DNA of 64,000 bases from Escherichia phage mio. The stretch lies in sequence record MN850631.1; one strand, written 5' to 3'. The notes under the pieces were generated by a model. That model was not told the DNA's origin. It was given only the letters and a program-made list of their open reading frames with translations, and did not search any database. A program made the position numbers and the translations under genes. Positions 28,239-46,449 of this stretch are shown one piece after another (positions within the stretch are counted from its first letter, which is position 1; every line of letters starts with the position of its first letter).

Positions 28239-28610
28239 TTATTTTTCAGTATTCTTTGTGTTCTTCTCAGTAATAGCTTGGAGGGCTGATACTGATTGAG
28301 CCAGATTGTTCACACTGTCAGAGAATTTATCAAGAGTTTTCGTCAGTTTTGCATTCTCACCCTTAACATTCTCTAACTGAACTTTCTGGTTCTCCATCCC
28401 TAACTGAATAAGTCTCATGTCAGACTGTAAATCACGAATAGCTGAATAGTTACTACTTGTGTAATTATCTAGCTGCTGTAACTTTGTTTTGACAGACACT
28501 TCTTGCTTACCACTTGAAACTTGCATAGTGGTATACATCCCAATAACACTAAAAATACCAACAACAATTGCACCAATATTATTTTTAAAAGCTTCCTCTA
28601 GCCACTTCAT
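28239..28610 (-). CDS. membrane-anchored coiled-coil protein
   Basis: 123 aa; N-terminal TM (IGAIVVGIFSVIGMY) then coiled-coil. Confidence 0.4.
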   Translation of the reverse strand: MKWLEEAFKNNIGAIVVGIFSVIGMYTTMQVSSGKQEVSVKTKLQQLDNYTSSNYSAIRDLQSDMRLIQLGMENQKVQLENVKGENAKLTKTLDKFSDSVNNLAQSVSALQAITEKNTKNTEK

Positions 28611-28805
28611 TTATTTCTCCCCCTTAAAAGCTTTTTCTAAGTTATCTACGAACTCATCATCAATAGGTGTGTCTGTCTTACCCGCAAGGTATCTTGCAAG
28701 CTTAAAGAACACTTTCTCAATCATGTATTCACTCAGAAGGGATAAAATGAGTTTCCAGAAGAAGCTACCTAGATTTTTTAGAAGAATTGCTAGGATTGTA
28801 GGCAT
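28611..28805 (-). CDS. hypothetical protein
   Basis: 64-aa ORF. Confidence 0.3.
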   Translation of the reverse strand: MPTILAILLKNLGSFFWKLILSLLSEYMIEKVFFKLARYLAGKTDTPIDDEFVDNLEKAFKGEK

Positions 28806-28884
28806 TTAATCACCTCATCAGCCAAGATGGTGAGAATACCCATAGAGAATATTAACACCATCTTAACAATCAGTCAACAAGGGA

Positions 28885-31233
28885 TTAAGCAGTTCTCACC
28901 CAAGCCATTAACTTATAGAACTGGTTAGTTACACTAAATGCTGAACCAGAACCTGTACTTCCAGTGTTACCACTCACTGTATGGCTGTGAGCACCAATAC
29001 CAACACTGTGAGCATGGTTACCATTTGATGCAGCAGTACCACTTACTGAGTGTGAGTGATTCCCAGCACTACCCGTTTGTACGGTATTCCTGTTACCATC
29101 AGAATCCCAATCACCCCTTGTACCACTTGGTTGCGCACCAGTAGTATAACCATGTGTATGGGCACCTGTTGTGTTCGTTGAACCACTCACTGAGTGGGTG
29201 TGAGCACCAGTAGTGTTAGTGGTTTTTGTTCCGTAGTCAAAAGATGAAGTAGTAGCAGAAAAACTGTGTGTGTGTGATGGTAAGTTACCAACAGCTAACG
29301 TCACAGAATCTGAACCACCAGTTGTAGCAACATCTGAACCATTTGCTGCTGCAATTCTGATAGTTCTACCAACACCATTATTCAGGTACGTCCAAGTTAG
29401 ACCAGGCAGTGCTGTATTAGGGTTAACATTACTGTTAAACCACGTTACAATACCTACTGGATAGATTTTATTAAGGTCTGTAGAGTCACTTACTGCCTGT
29501 GCAATCTTCTGGTCAGTCTCAGTTTTAGTGTATGCACCGATGTCTGAAGGGGATGGTTTATCTTGGTCTGTATAGATTTTAGCCCAAGTATTCTCAAATC
29601 CATACCCATCTCTCGCTGACCTATACCAAAAACCACCATTCCTATAGTTAAATTTTAATTGAGCAGATGGTGTAGAGCTACCACCCTGATACATATGGTA
29701 GACTAGTTGTGTTGAACCACCAGATTCCCCTGTAACATTATACAGACCAGTTCTAGCAGTCCAAGCGATACCATCACCATCACCTACCTCTGTACCAGTG
29801 CCAGAAGAGTAAGCAAACATATACCTAGAGTTTGCGTCAGATTTCGTATAATATCTAGCATCTAAGTTAGACCAATCTGAAGGTTGAACCTGTCCAGTGA
29901 TTGCTAAAGTTGCATTCATTTCAAATGCTGAACCGATGGTAAGACCTTTACCTGTTTTGTAGTTAAACAGCCTTAAGTTGTTATTGTTATCAGCATCACC
30001 ATTACCAACATACCACTTAGCTGTCCCATCAGCAGATAACCCTCTAATGAACAATGTCGTTGCAGTTTTTGCTTTTAACGCAAGAGCTTCACCATCAGAG
30101 TTGATAACTTGTCGTACAGAAAATGTATTGACAACATTAGTTCTTGCAATCGTACTTAATGTTGCTGCCGGAATATATCTAGAGTCAATGTTAGTCCAAT
30201 CTGAAGGTTGAACTTGACCAGTTACAGTTAGTGTTTTATTGATATTAACACTTGTCCCTACAGTAATTTTGCCACCAGTTTTGTAGTTTTCTAGAGCTAC
30301 GTTATCACCTTCATTACTATTACCAATGTACCATCTGTTGACACCTGCGCTATCAATCGCTTTAATGTACAATGGCTGTGCAGCATTGGCATTCTGTAGC
30401 CTAATTGCCTCACCATCTTTTTTGAAAATACTTAGTTGGTTAAACGTGTTAGTGCCAGTGAAATTATTATTAGCAGCTAACTGTGCAAATCTCTGATTAG
30501 CTACTGTCTGAGTAAAGTATCTAGCATCTAAGTTGGAGAAGTCAGAAGGTTGAACTTGACCAGTAATAGCAAGGGTTTTATTAATAGCAACACTTGTGCC
30601 TAGAGTAATGGTTGAACCTTGTTCACTCTCAATTTGAACATCTCGGCTGCCTTTAATTAGGTTCCCGATAGCCCAAACTTTTTCACTACTAGCATCCCTA
30701 GCTACAACAGCAGTGTATGCCTCACTAGCACTTGCAGGGTTTCTTAGTGTTAGAATCTCCCCATTTGCTGTAATAGTCTGCTTGACGTTAAACGTGTTTG
30801 AGTTAGCCAACCTTGCATACCTTGCATCATTCTCTTCATTAGTTCTCATCCCAAGTTCATTAGGGCTTGGCTTATTCAAAGTATGGTAAACAGTTGCTGA
30901 CCTTGAAGCATCTGCAATAGTTAGTTTAAGGCCATTTGCGTTGATTTTAAAAGCCTTTAAAACATCCCCCATAGTAATCTCAGAAGAGCCTGTAGGGTCA
31001 AACACTGCCTTACCACCATAAAGTAACTTGACAATTCCTAAGTCACCAGTCATAGTGCTGCCAGCAATCTGAACAAATCTTTCAAGCTTAAAAGATGCTA
31101 AGAAGTCTTGATAGGTCATTCGACGGTCTTCATCACCCAGCATTTCAGGTCTCTTTTTAACTCTGACATGGAGAAGGTCGTCTGAACGAATTGTGTCGAT
31201 TGAGTTTAACTGACTCAATTTGTAATCTGCCAT
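28885..31233 (-). CDS. tail fibre protein with triplicated internal domain and His-rich tip
   Basis: 782 aa; three copies of ...TGQVQPSD(F/W)(S/T)N(L/I)D(A/S)RY...; C-terminal HxH-rich segment (HTHSVSG, HSHSVSG, HAHSVG) shared with the neighbouring fibre. Confidence 0.7.
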   Translation of the reverse strand: MADYKLSQLNSIDTIRSDDLLHVRVKKRPEMLGDEDRRMTYQDFLASFKLERFVQIAGSTMTGDLGIVKLLYGGKAVFDPTGSSEITMGDVLKAFKINANGLKLTIADASRSATVYHTLNKPSPNELGMRTNEENDARYARLANSNTFNVKQTITANGEILTLRNPASASEAYTAVVARDASSEKVWAIGNLIKGSRDVQIESEQGSTITLGTSVAINKTLAITGQVQPSDFSNLDARYFTQTVANQRFAQLAANNNFTGTNTFNQLSIFKKDGEAIRLQNANAAQPLYIKAIDSAGVNRWYIGNSNEGDNVALENYKTGGKITVGTSVNINKTLTVTGQVQPSDWTNIDSRYIPAATLSTIARTNVVNTFSVRQVINSDGEALALKAKTATTLFIRGLSADGTAKWYVGNGDADNNNNLRLFNYKTGKGLTIGSAFEMNATLAITGQVQPSDWSNLDARYYTKSDANSRYMFAYSSGTGTEVGDGDGIAWTARTGLYNVTGESGGSTQLVYHMYQGGSSTPSAQLKFNYRNGGFWYRSARDGYGFENTWAKIYTDQDKPSPSDIGAYTKTETDQKIAQAVSDSTDLNKIYPVGIVTWFNSNVNPNTALPGLTWTYLNNGVGRTIRIAAANGSDVATTGGSDSVTLAVGNLPSHTHSFSATTSSFDYGTKTTNTTGAHTHSVSGSTNTTGAHTHGYTTGAQPSGTRGDWDSDGNRNTVQTGSAGNHSHSVSGTAASNGNHAHSVGIGAHSHTVSGNTGSTGSGSAFSVTNQFYKLMAWVRTA
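29008..29243. repeat. tail-fibre tip repeat, copy 1 (about 90% identical to 31463-31697)
   Basis: Long runs of identical nucleotides shared with the second fibre gene. Confidence 0.7.
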
Positions 31234-31279
31234 TATAAGTTTTCCTCTTAAAAGGGGCTATAAAGCCCCTGTAAAGAAA

Positions 31280-32446
31280 TTAAGCTGTTCTCTGCCATAC
31301 ATACAGAACAAAGGATGGTTGTTCAACACTGAATGCTTGTCCAGAACCTGTAGAACCAGTTGTACCAGAATGTGAGTGCTCTGTTGTTGAAATACTCACA
31401 CTACCACTGTGAGTGTGTGAACCAATATTAGTTACATGGGTGTGTGAACCAATATTTAAAGTGTGAGCATGGTTACCATTTGATGCAGCAGTACCACTTA
31501 CTGAGTGTGAGTGATTCCCAGCACTATCCGTTTGTACGGTATTTCTGTGACCATCTCTGTCCCAATCTCCAGATGCACCTGTTGATTGATAACCAGTAAT
31601 ATAACCATGCGTATGAGCACCAGTAGTGTTCGTTGAGCCACTCACTGAGTGGGTGTGAGCACCAGTAGTGTTAGTGGTTTTAGTTCCGTAGTCAAAGCTA
31701 GAGGTTGTCTTAGTCCCATAATCAAAGGAACTAATAGACATTGTTGCTCCATGTGTGTGACCACCACCAGTGACGTATACTGAGTGAGTATGTGCAGGGA
31801 TGTTGTTAACTGTCAGTGCAGTAGTTTGCGAACCAAACGTTGAACCAACTGGCCTAGAAGCACTATCATAACCCACGAGTGCTCTTCCTTTTGAAACTAA
31901 CTCCCAAGTACCTCCACAAATTAAATATGTAGAGGGGTTTGCAGGATTCATAGAGAGATGGATAGTACCTACTGGATAAGAAGCCTGAACAGCCTTGTAC
32001 AAGTTATTTACTGCTCTTGCTGTAGCGTACTTATCTGCATCTTCATTATAAAGATTAGATGTTGTCCAGTTCTGGACATTACTCAAACCAACCTGTGCTT
32101 TAGTTGTATTGTGTGGGTTACTCTTATCATTAATATGTTGTTGAACAAGGTTATTAACCTCTTCTGAAGACATAATCTGTAGATTTGCTCTTGCCTCAGC
32201 TACATTAGTAACGTCTGATAAGTTGTTTTCAGCAACTAACTGGAGAGCATTAATAACATTATCTAAACCAATTTGTGTCTTAGTAACACCATGAGGGTTA
32301 TTTCTCAGGCTTGAGTGTGGAGCAAGTAGTTGCTCAAGAGTGCATCTCTTATCCTCAATACCCTGCTTAAGATGGAAGATATCACTAAGGTCAATTGGTA
32401 AGGCTGCTTGAGGCAAGGCACTAATTTGAATTTCACCTACTGCCAT
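31280..32446 (-). CDS. tail fibre protein 2 (shares C-terminal His-rich tip with 28885..31233)
   Basis: 388 aa; C-terminal TTGAHTHSVSGSTNTTGAHTHGY...NHSHSVSGTAASNGNHAH nearly identical to fibre 1. Confidence 0.65.
   Translation of the reverse strand: MAVGEIQISALPQAALPIDLSDIFHLKQGIEDKRCTLEQLLAPHSSLRNNPHGVTKTQIGLDNVINALQLVAENNLSDVTNVAEARANLQIMSSEEVNNLVQQHINDKSNPHNTTKAQVGLSNVQNWTTSNLYNEDADKYATARAVNNLYKAVQASYPVGTIHLSMNPANPSTYLICGGTWELVSKGRALVGYDSASRPVGSTFGSQTTALTVNNIPAHTHSVYVTGGGHTHGATMSISSFDYGTKTTSSFDYGTKTTNTTGAHTHSVSGSTNTTGAHTHGYITGYQSTGASGDWDRDGHRNTVQTDSAGNHSHSVSGTAASNGNHAHTLNIGSHTHVTNIGSHTHSGSVSISTTEHSHSGTTGSTGSGQAFSVEQPSFVLYVWQRTA
31463..31697. repeat. tail-fibre tip repeat, copy 2
   Basis: See copy 1 at 29008-29243. 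Confidence 0.7.
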
Positions 32447-32448
32447 TA

Positions 32449-40467
<8,019 letters not shown>

Positions 40468-40468
<1 letters not shown>

Positions 40469-40707
40469 TACATTTTTCCTGCTCTTCTAAGTTCGTTGTA
40501 AGCAATTTCCTCTTTATACGACCTCTGAATTTCAAGAAATTGTCTCAATGATAATAAATCAGAGAATGTCATAGCAAAGAGTTGGTCAAGTGTTTCTTTA
40601 CACCCTTCCATACCATAAATAGCAAGCACAAATTTCATCTCGTCTGCTTCTTCATAGGTTGCCTCTACAGCAGCATCAGTTAGTGGTGTCTGTAGAGTGT
40701 TACCCAT
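40468..40707 (-). CDS. putative tail assembly chaperone (small)
   Basis: 79 aa immediately upstream of tape measure. Confidence 0.35.
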
Positions 40708-40709
40708 GT

Positions 40710-41108
40710 TTACTGAGAAGTTAGGCTTTTGAAAATGCTTGCTTCGAAAAAACTTCCGAAGTTTGCCTCCAGCGCAAATGCTAAGTAATCAATAAATTCA
40801 CCGTAGTTTGCTTGGAAGTACGTATCAATATTAAGTGGGAAGTCGTCAACAGTTGCCCCTTGAAATAACAGGGTTGCCATCTCTTCAAGGTTAATTTCTT
40901 CAATTCTGTCAAAACAAGCTTCAACAAGTTCTTTAAATGGAACCGTCGGAGCTTCCTTCTTACTCTTGTCAGTCAGACTTGATAGCATCTGTGCAAAGGT
41001 TGGAACAACAATTTTACCCAACTTCATAGACATCTTAATACCGTCTCTTGCCCCAAGCAGAACGATATTTACTTTCTTACCATTAATTACTCTAAATTCT
41101 GTTTTCAT
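40710..41108 (-). CDS. putative tail assembly chaperone
   Basis: 132 aa between tube and tape measure. Confidence 0.4.
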   Translation of the reverse strand: MKTEFRVINGKKVNIVLLGARDGIKMSMKLGKIVVPTFAQMLSSLTDKSKKEAPTVPFKELVEACFDRIEEINLEEMATLLFQGATVDDFPLNIDTYFQANYGEFIDYLAFALEANFGSFFEASIFKSLTSQ

Positions 41109-41181
41109 TGTGATTCCTTAATACTTTTAAAAGAAACAAAAAAGGGGAAGACCTTTTAAAGTCTCCCCCTTATAGGATTTA

Positions 41182-41628
41182 TTAAACACTTGACGCTGGA
41201 ATTGTAGAAGTGTAGTCTAACTTCTCACAACCAAAAATCCAAGTTTTAGAGTTCTGGTCACGACCAAGTTCAATCTGTGGTAACTCCTGCAACCAAGCGT
41301 TAATACCAGTTGCCAGAACAGAGCCTGATGGGTCGTAGATTACGAAGTTAGAAGAGATATCTTCTTCAAGTTCCATATTGTCTTGTTTAGCTTGAATTGC
41401 AGAAAGCATCTGGTTAGAGAGAGAAGTCTGCATTAACTCAATCTCAATAGTACCTGTCTTGTCTGCATTTCTTGTCAGAGCAACCTGACCACCTGCACCA
41501 ACAACTGGTGTCACAAGTGGTGATGTTCTCTGTAGACGCAAGAATGAGTCTGGGGCAAAGCCTTCAATGGCAATACCATTCCAGCTACATACAACGTCTT
41601 TAGGGGAATATTGCTGATACATAGCCAT
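41182..41628 (-). CDS. putative tail tube protein
   Basis: 148 aa directly downstream of the 450-aa sheath candidate. Confidence 0.4.
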   Translation of the reverse strand: MAMYQQYSPKDVVCSWNGIAIEGFAPDSFLRLQRTSPLVTPVVGAGGQVALTRNADKTGTIEIELMQTSLSNQMLSAIQAKQDNMELEEDISSNFVIYDPSGSVLATGINAWLQELPQIELGRDQNSKTWIFGCEKLDYTSTIPASSV

Positions 41629-41643
41629 TCCAATTTACCTCTA

Positions 41644-42996
41644 TTATTCGTAAGCCACTGTACCTTTCAAGTCAACATCCAAGATAGCCCCTGCTAAGAT
41701 ACCTGCGAAGGTAACATCTTTCAGGATACGTGCTTTCTTGTCTGCTAAAGCAACTTGAGAGGCTTTAGGAACATTAACTGTGTAAGATGACAGGAAGTTT
41801 CTGTTGACTGCTCTTTGCAGAGAGGTTTCAATGACTTGACGAATACGGGTAATACCAGTATCATCATAAGTAATCTTACCACCCTTCTGGTTAATTAGCA
41901 AGTCTCTCAGAGAAGTTTTCAGGTCTGATTCTAACCAGTCAACACCACGGACGATATCAATCCATTCCCCACCAGAAGTAATCCCTCTACGAACCACTGG
42001 AACACCACCATCAAGGTCAATAAAGTTACAGTGACGTACATCTAAAGCAGACTTCTGAATACTTGTCAGAGGTCTCTGATTAGATGGTTGCAGAGAAGCT
42101 GCTACACCAGTTAGCTGAGCATTACCCCAAGCAATTGAACCTGCATCATATGGAGCACCATAAGCAATGTATGCCATCTCTGGATAATCTGCTGCTGCTG
42201 CGTGATGCCACAAGCAAACTGTACGAGTGTACATATTCTTAGCAAGCTGTGCTGGAACATCATTCGCACTGGCTAATTCTGTACCTTGCAGGGCTGTTAC
42301 ATCGGAGTTAGCCGTAAAGAAGATTTTCTTGCGAGCCTGAATCTCAGAAGCCATTGCTAAGACAAACTGTTGAGTTCTATCTTCTGCTGCAATGAAATAC
42401 CAGTCGGTAGAATAAGCTTCGATAGCTGCCAGAGCAGTTGCTGCTGTATCGGCAGTTGTACTTGCAATATATACAGTCTGTGCTGTGGTTGTTACTTTCA
42501 CAAAGTCATTATCACCAGCTTTGGTAATAATCATTGTTGCAGAGCCATTGCTACCAGTTACGTTCACAGAAACCTTATCTTTGATTGTTGGGTCAGCTTC
42601 AATCTGTGTTTTAAACTGTTGCAACACGTTTTCAGCAGTGTCTTCAGCTTGCGCTGTATACTGATATGGTTGAGAAATTCCACCGCCAGCAGCTACAGTA
42701 ATTGAGTAGTCTGTACTTTCAGCAACGGCATTAGGAATTGATACAGTGTACTGCATAGCACGTCTACCAATATAAAGCTGAGTTACTTTAGGAGTCTGAC
42801 TCCAAAGTTGTTTAGCAGCCTTATATGCAGCAGTATTCTCATCGAAATCTTCAGCAACTTCAGTTAAGGAAGTGTAACCACGTACTCTTTCTTCAAAATT
42901 ATCTGTTGAAGCTAAGAATAGTGGCAAACCAAAACCTTCTCTTGTAGTTCCTGCGGTGTTCAATGTAATATCTACATTAACAATTGGATTCCACAT
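41644..42996 (-). CDS. putative tail sheath protein
   Basis: 450 aa; position upstream of tube/chaperones/tape measure; consistent with contractile tail. Confidence 0.45.
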   Translation of the reverse strand: MWNPIVNVDITLNTAGTTREGFGLPLFLASTDNFEERVRGYTSLTEVAEDFDENTAAYKAAKQLWSQTPKVTQLYIGRRAMQYTVSIPNAVAESTDYSITVAAGGGISQPYQYTAQAEDTAENVLQQFKTQIEADPTIKDKVSVNVTGSNGSATMIITKAGDNDFVKVTTTAQTVYIASTTADTAATALAAIEAYSTDWYFIAAEDRTQQFVLAMASEIQARKKIFFTANSDVTALQGTELASANDVPAQLAKNMYTRTVCLWHHAAAADYPEMAYIAYGAPYDAGSIAWGNAQLTGVAASLQPSNQRPLTSIQKSALDVRHCNFIDLDGGVPVVRRGITSGGEWIDIVRGVDWLESDLKTSLRDLLINQKGGKITYDDTGITRIRQVIETSLQRAVNRNFLSSYTVNVPKASQVALADKKARILKDVTFAGILAGAILDVDLKGTVAYE

Positions 42997-43596
42997 TTAT
43001 TTTACCCCTTTGGAGTCTACATCTAGATGGATAGTATATTCTGGTGGCTCTTGTCCTTCTTCATAAACCAACTCACCATCAACAATGACACGCTCAATAA
43101 TACTTCCACGTTCATCCTTCAGGACTGAGTTTTTTACAAGAGTTACAACAAGAGGCGCAGAATTTTCGAAATCTGTATTGAGATAAGTATAGTCATTCGG
43201 GATAGCTCCAGTGTCTAGTACTGTAGCCCCTGTTTCTTCAAGGATTAAATCTCTGACTGAACTCATCTCTAATCGTTGTTTAAGCTCAAGCATAATACTG
43301 TGAGCACCTTTACCATTTACCGTAATCAATACAGGAATCTGAAAAGCAATTCTGTAGCAAACTACATCATCCTCAACAAACTTATCAAGAACCCAACCAT
43401 AAGGTGTTGCAGCATCTTGACAATATACGGTGATAAATGGCTGGTCAGGTTTTAAACCTTTGTCATTTGAGTTATCAGAAGGGTAAGCTCTAATTACGTT
43501 TGGTCTATTATTTTTATCACGAGCTAATCTGTGACCAATAACATCCACTAAGGTTCTAACTAGACCTTTTTCAAGTTCTGCTGTTTCTAACTGCAT
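42997..43596 (-). CDS. hypothetical neck/tail-completion protein
   Basis: 199 aa. Confidence 0.3.
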   Translation of the reverse strand: MQLETAELEKGLVRTLVDVIGHRLARDKNNRPNVIRAYPSDNSNDKGLKPDQPFITVYCQDAATPYGWVLDKFVEDDVVCYRIAFQIPVLITVNGKGAHSIMLELKQRLEMSSVRDLILEETGATVLDTGAIPNDYTYLNTDFENSAPLVVTLVKNSVLKDERGSIIERVIVDGELVYEEGQEPPEYTIHLDVDSKGVK

Positions 43597-43972
43597 TCAT
43601 TTTATCCCTTCTAATAATGATATATTCATAATGGGACGTATGGGCTAATTGCTGTGACCAATCCATCGTCATAAATACTTCATACTCATGACCATCAATC
43701 ATAACAATATCAGACTCATTCCACTCTACATCATCTGAAGTTCTAAGTTTATATGTGGTATACAGGATTCTTGTATCGGTAAGCCTGATACCTTCCGGTA
43801 AAGCAATCTGTGTACCATTCTTTACAGAACCTTTGATATATGGCTGGATATTACCTTTGCAGTTAACCTCTACAATATCTTGTGAAGCTACCCAATCACC
43901 ATCATCATTATAATAACCGTCTTCAGAGACTTTACGCTTTACTACAAAGCTGTGTCTGTTTAAGAGTCTCAT
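43571..43972 (-). CDS. hypothetical neck protein
   Basis: 133 aa. Confidence 0.3.
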   Translation of the reverse strand: MRLLNRHSFVVKRKVSEDGYYNDDGDWVASQDIVEVNCKGNIQPYIKGSVKNGTQIALPEGIRLTDTRILYTTYKLRTSDDVEWNESDIVMIDGHEYEVFMTMDWSQQLAHTSHYEYIIIRRDKMNAVRNSRT

Positions 43973-44451
43973 TTCTTAATACCCTTCTTAGTAGAAATTT
44001 TATAAGCAAGGTTATCTCTTAAGTCACCTGTCTCAACAAGAGGTGCGTTAAAGCCTTTTTTCTTGACTGTGGAAGGTGCGTTAGGAGGGAGGATAGCAGA
44101 ATTACCAAAGCCCCTTTTAATTGCCTTTTGAGCATTCTTTGCAAATGCTTCTAAGGTATCTGAAGGGTCTGTGTTGAGACTGCTAAGTTGCTTATATAGA
44201 TTCTTCTTAGTCTGCTCTAACAAGGTCTGTTTGGTTAGCATCATAGTGATTTCAAACAACCTACGATATACTTTACCAGAAGCTGAAGGAACCCCAATAA
44301 CTTCTTGTAAATACATTAAAGCAGGATAAGAAAAACCAGAGCTATGTTGACCTTGTTCTTGAAAATACCCAACTTGAGCATTAGCCGTTTGCAAGTTCTT
44401 CATAGCCCCGACTAATTTTGCTCTAGCGGGGTGAATAACCCTTTTAACCAT
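43969..44451 (-). CDS. hypothetical head-tail joining protein
   Basis: 160 aa. Confidence 0.3.
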   Translation of the reverse strand: MVKRVIHPARAKLVGAMKNLQTANAQVGYFQEQGQHSSGFSYPALMYLQEVIGVPSASGKVYRRLFEITMMLTKQTLLEQTKKNLYKQLSSLNTDPSDTLEAFAKNAQKAIKRGFGNSAILPPNAPSTVKKKGFNAPLVETGDLRDNLAYKISTKKGIKK

Positions 44452-44900
44452 TATTCATCTCGCTCGATAATAAATACGCCATTAACACGGTTGCAGTAAT
44501 CTCTACCTTCGTATTTGGCAGCATCACCATATTCTGTGTATTTCTTGACAGAGCAAGGATTCTGACGACGCATATCAATATCGCACTGATTAATACCACC
44601 TGCATAGGGTAGTCCTGAAACAGAGCTTTTAACAAGGTCGTCATAAACAGCTTTCAGAGATTTGAATCTGGAAGAGTTACGTAAATAAACACCACCAACC
44701 TTCTCATCTCCCATCTTGGCTACTTGAAAGAGTAAATATTTAAGAGCTTTGATGGCTGCTTTCTTTTCATCCTTTCCAGATTCCAGATAGAACCACTCTA
44801 GCACAGACTGTTCAATAAGAATTTCATCATTATTAGTGTCTGTGCAGAGGATTCTTACTCTATCAAGAGGGTTATTGGCTGGGTCGCCTGTATAACACAT
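44451..44900 (-). CDS. hypothetical head-completion protein
   Basis: 149 aa. Confidence 0.3.
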   Translation of the reverse strand: MCYTGDPANNPLDRVRILCTDTNNDEILIEQSVLEWFYLESGKDEKKAAIKALKYLLFQVAKMGDEKVGGVYLRNSSRFKSLKAVYDDLVKSSVSGLPYAGGINQCDIDMRRQNPCSVKKYTEYGDAAKYEGRDYCNRVNGVFIIERDE

Positions 44901-44920
44901 TCATAACCCTCCTAAGTTTA

Positions 44921-46027
44921 TTAGCCACCTTGAGCGTCAGCGCGAACATCTACCAGCAACTGAGGACGAGTGCAGTATGGCAGCATGTAAGAGTGAGCTT
45001 CGAAGTCAATACCTTCGTCACGGTCTTTTTCGTATTCGAATACGTACAGTTCCTGACCAAGTGTATTTGCGTAACCCATCTTAGGACATGGACCATATGC
45101 AACTTCGAAGATGTTGTTAGCTTCACCCAGCATAGATACGTTAGGGAAAGCATGACCAACACCAACAGTGTCTGCTACACTATCAATGCTCACCAGAGTG
45201 TGAACCTTACCACGCTTGTCTTTGAACTTACCGTTGTACTGGACAAACTTAACACCGCCGTAGTAGAAAGTGTTCATATGAGCCTGAACGCCGTCAGTAC
45301 CACCAGTTCTCAGAGAACCAGTAATCTGTTGCCAAGCCAGTGGAGTCTGCTGTGCAAGGTAAGCATCACGAATCTTAGGATGCTTAACCAGTTTGCTGAA
45401 GAATACACGGTCAACAACTACGTGAATTTCTTCACCGTTGATTACAGTGCCAGTCTTAGCTTCGTCTTCCATGTGCATACGCAGTTCTTCAATAGAAGCG
45501 TCAATGTCAGCATTAGGGTTGTCAAGGTCGAAGTAAATAGTCTTCTTCTCAACGTCGAACTGCTTGTACAGGTCAGCATACAGAGTACCACGAGCATCAA
45601 CAACTTTACCCTTCAGAGCTTGCATGAACAGGAACTCACGAGTAATATCGAACTTGGTACGAATCTTCATCAGCTTCTTAGCACGTACTACCGCTTCAGT
45701 AGTCAGTTCATTTGCAGTTCCTGGCTGACGTACACCCTGAATCTCATCAGGAGTAATGCTTTCAACTTCTTTGAAGTACATCATTGGGAAGCTGATTTGA
45801 CGAACACGCTCAGGTGCGCTAGTCTCTGCTTTACGGCTATCACGGTCTACCGCATCAAGCAAGCTAACATCCCAATCAGTCAAGTCCATAAGGAAAGTGG
45901 TTTGGGTGATTGGTGCTGAACGGAACAGACCTAAGTTGGAAATATACCCATAAGTATTTGGGATAGACTGGACTTCACCAGTCAGGTCAGCAAGGAAAAA
46001 TCTGCTTTTTTCAGAATTAGTCAACAT
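44921..46027 (-). CDS. major capsid protein
   Basis: 368 aa; immediately downstream of protease-scaffold and small decoration-like ORF; strong RBS. Confidence 0.55.
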   Translation of the reverse strand: MLTNSEKSRFFLADLTGEVQSIPNTYGYISNLGLFRSAPITQTTFLMDLTDWDVSLLDAVDRDSRKAETSAPERVRQISFPMMYFKEVESITPDEIQGVRQPGTANELTTEAVVRAKKLMKIRTKFDITREFLFMQALKGKVVDARGTLYADLYKQFDVEKKTIYFDLDNPNADIDASIEELRMHMEDEAKTGTVINGEEIHVVVDRVFFSKLVKHPKIRDAYLAQQTPLAWQQITGSLRTGGTDGVQAHMNTFYYGGVKFVQYNGKFKDKRGKVHTLVSIDSVADTVGVGHAFPNVSMLGEANNIFEVAYGPCPKMGYANTLGQELYVFEYEKDRDEGIDFEAHSYMLPYCTRPQLLVDVRADAQGG

Positions 46028-46060
46028 TGTAAAATTCTCCAGAATGTCTTATTATTGTTA

Positions 46061-46438
46061 TTACAGGCCAGTTGGTACGAAATCAATACCTTTGGCAGCC
46101 AGAGCTTTCTTGACTTCAGTAGCATCAACGCTTGATTCAAGAGTAAGCATGTCTTTCAGTTCTGCGTCGCGGTAAATACCAACAACTTTCAACTGACCAT
46201 GATAAGACAGTTGCAGGTCTGCGTAGAAATTAACGATACATACAGAGTCTGCTTGGGCTTCTTCTCCAGCTTGTACCTTAGTACCGTCTGCTTTCAGAAC
46301 TTCACCTACACGATATTCTGTAGATGCCTGTGGGGTGTACTCTTTACGAGAGTGGCCTGTTGGGGTAACCTGTTCCCAAAGAATGATATCATTCAGAGGT
46401 TCTCTTTTACCTAACTTAGTAAAACCTTGATATGCCAT
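46061..46438 (-). CDS. hypothetical head protein (decoration-like)
   Basis: 125 aa between protease and capsid genes. Confidence 0.35.
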   Translation of the reverse strand: MAYQGFTKLGKREPLNDIILWEQVTPTGHSRKEYTPQASTEYRVGEVLKADGTKVQAGEEAQADSVCIVNFYADLQLSYHGQLKVVGIYRDAELKDMLTLESSVDATEVKKALAAKGIDFVPTGL

Positions 46439-46449
46439 TATTGTGTTCC

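Noticed and set aside
28885-31233. His-rich fibre tips as cloning/His-tag artefact
   Set aside because: The histidines occur as interspersed HxH motifs within Gly/Ser/Thr-rich repeats in two native fibre genes, not as a contiguous tag; consistent with natural fibre-tip motifs.
44930-45919. 329-aa plus-strand ORF
   Set aside because: Lies entirely antisense to the major capsid gene (44921..46027); low-complexity translation, no RBS; the minus-strand gene fits the module.
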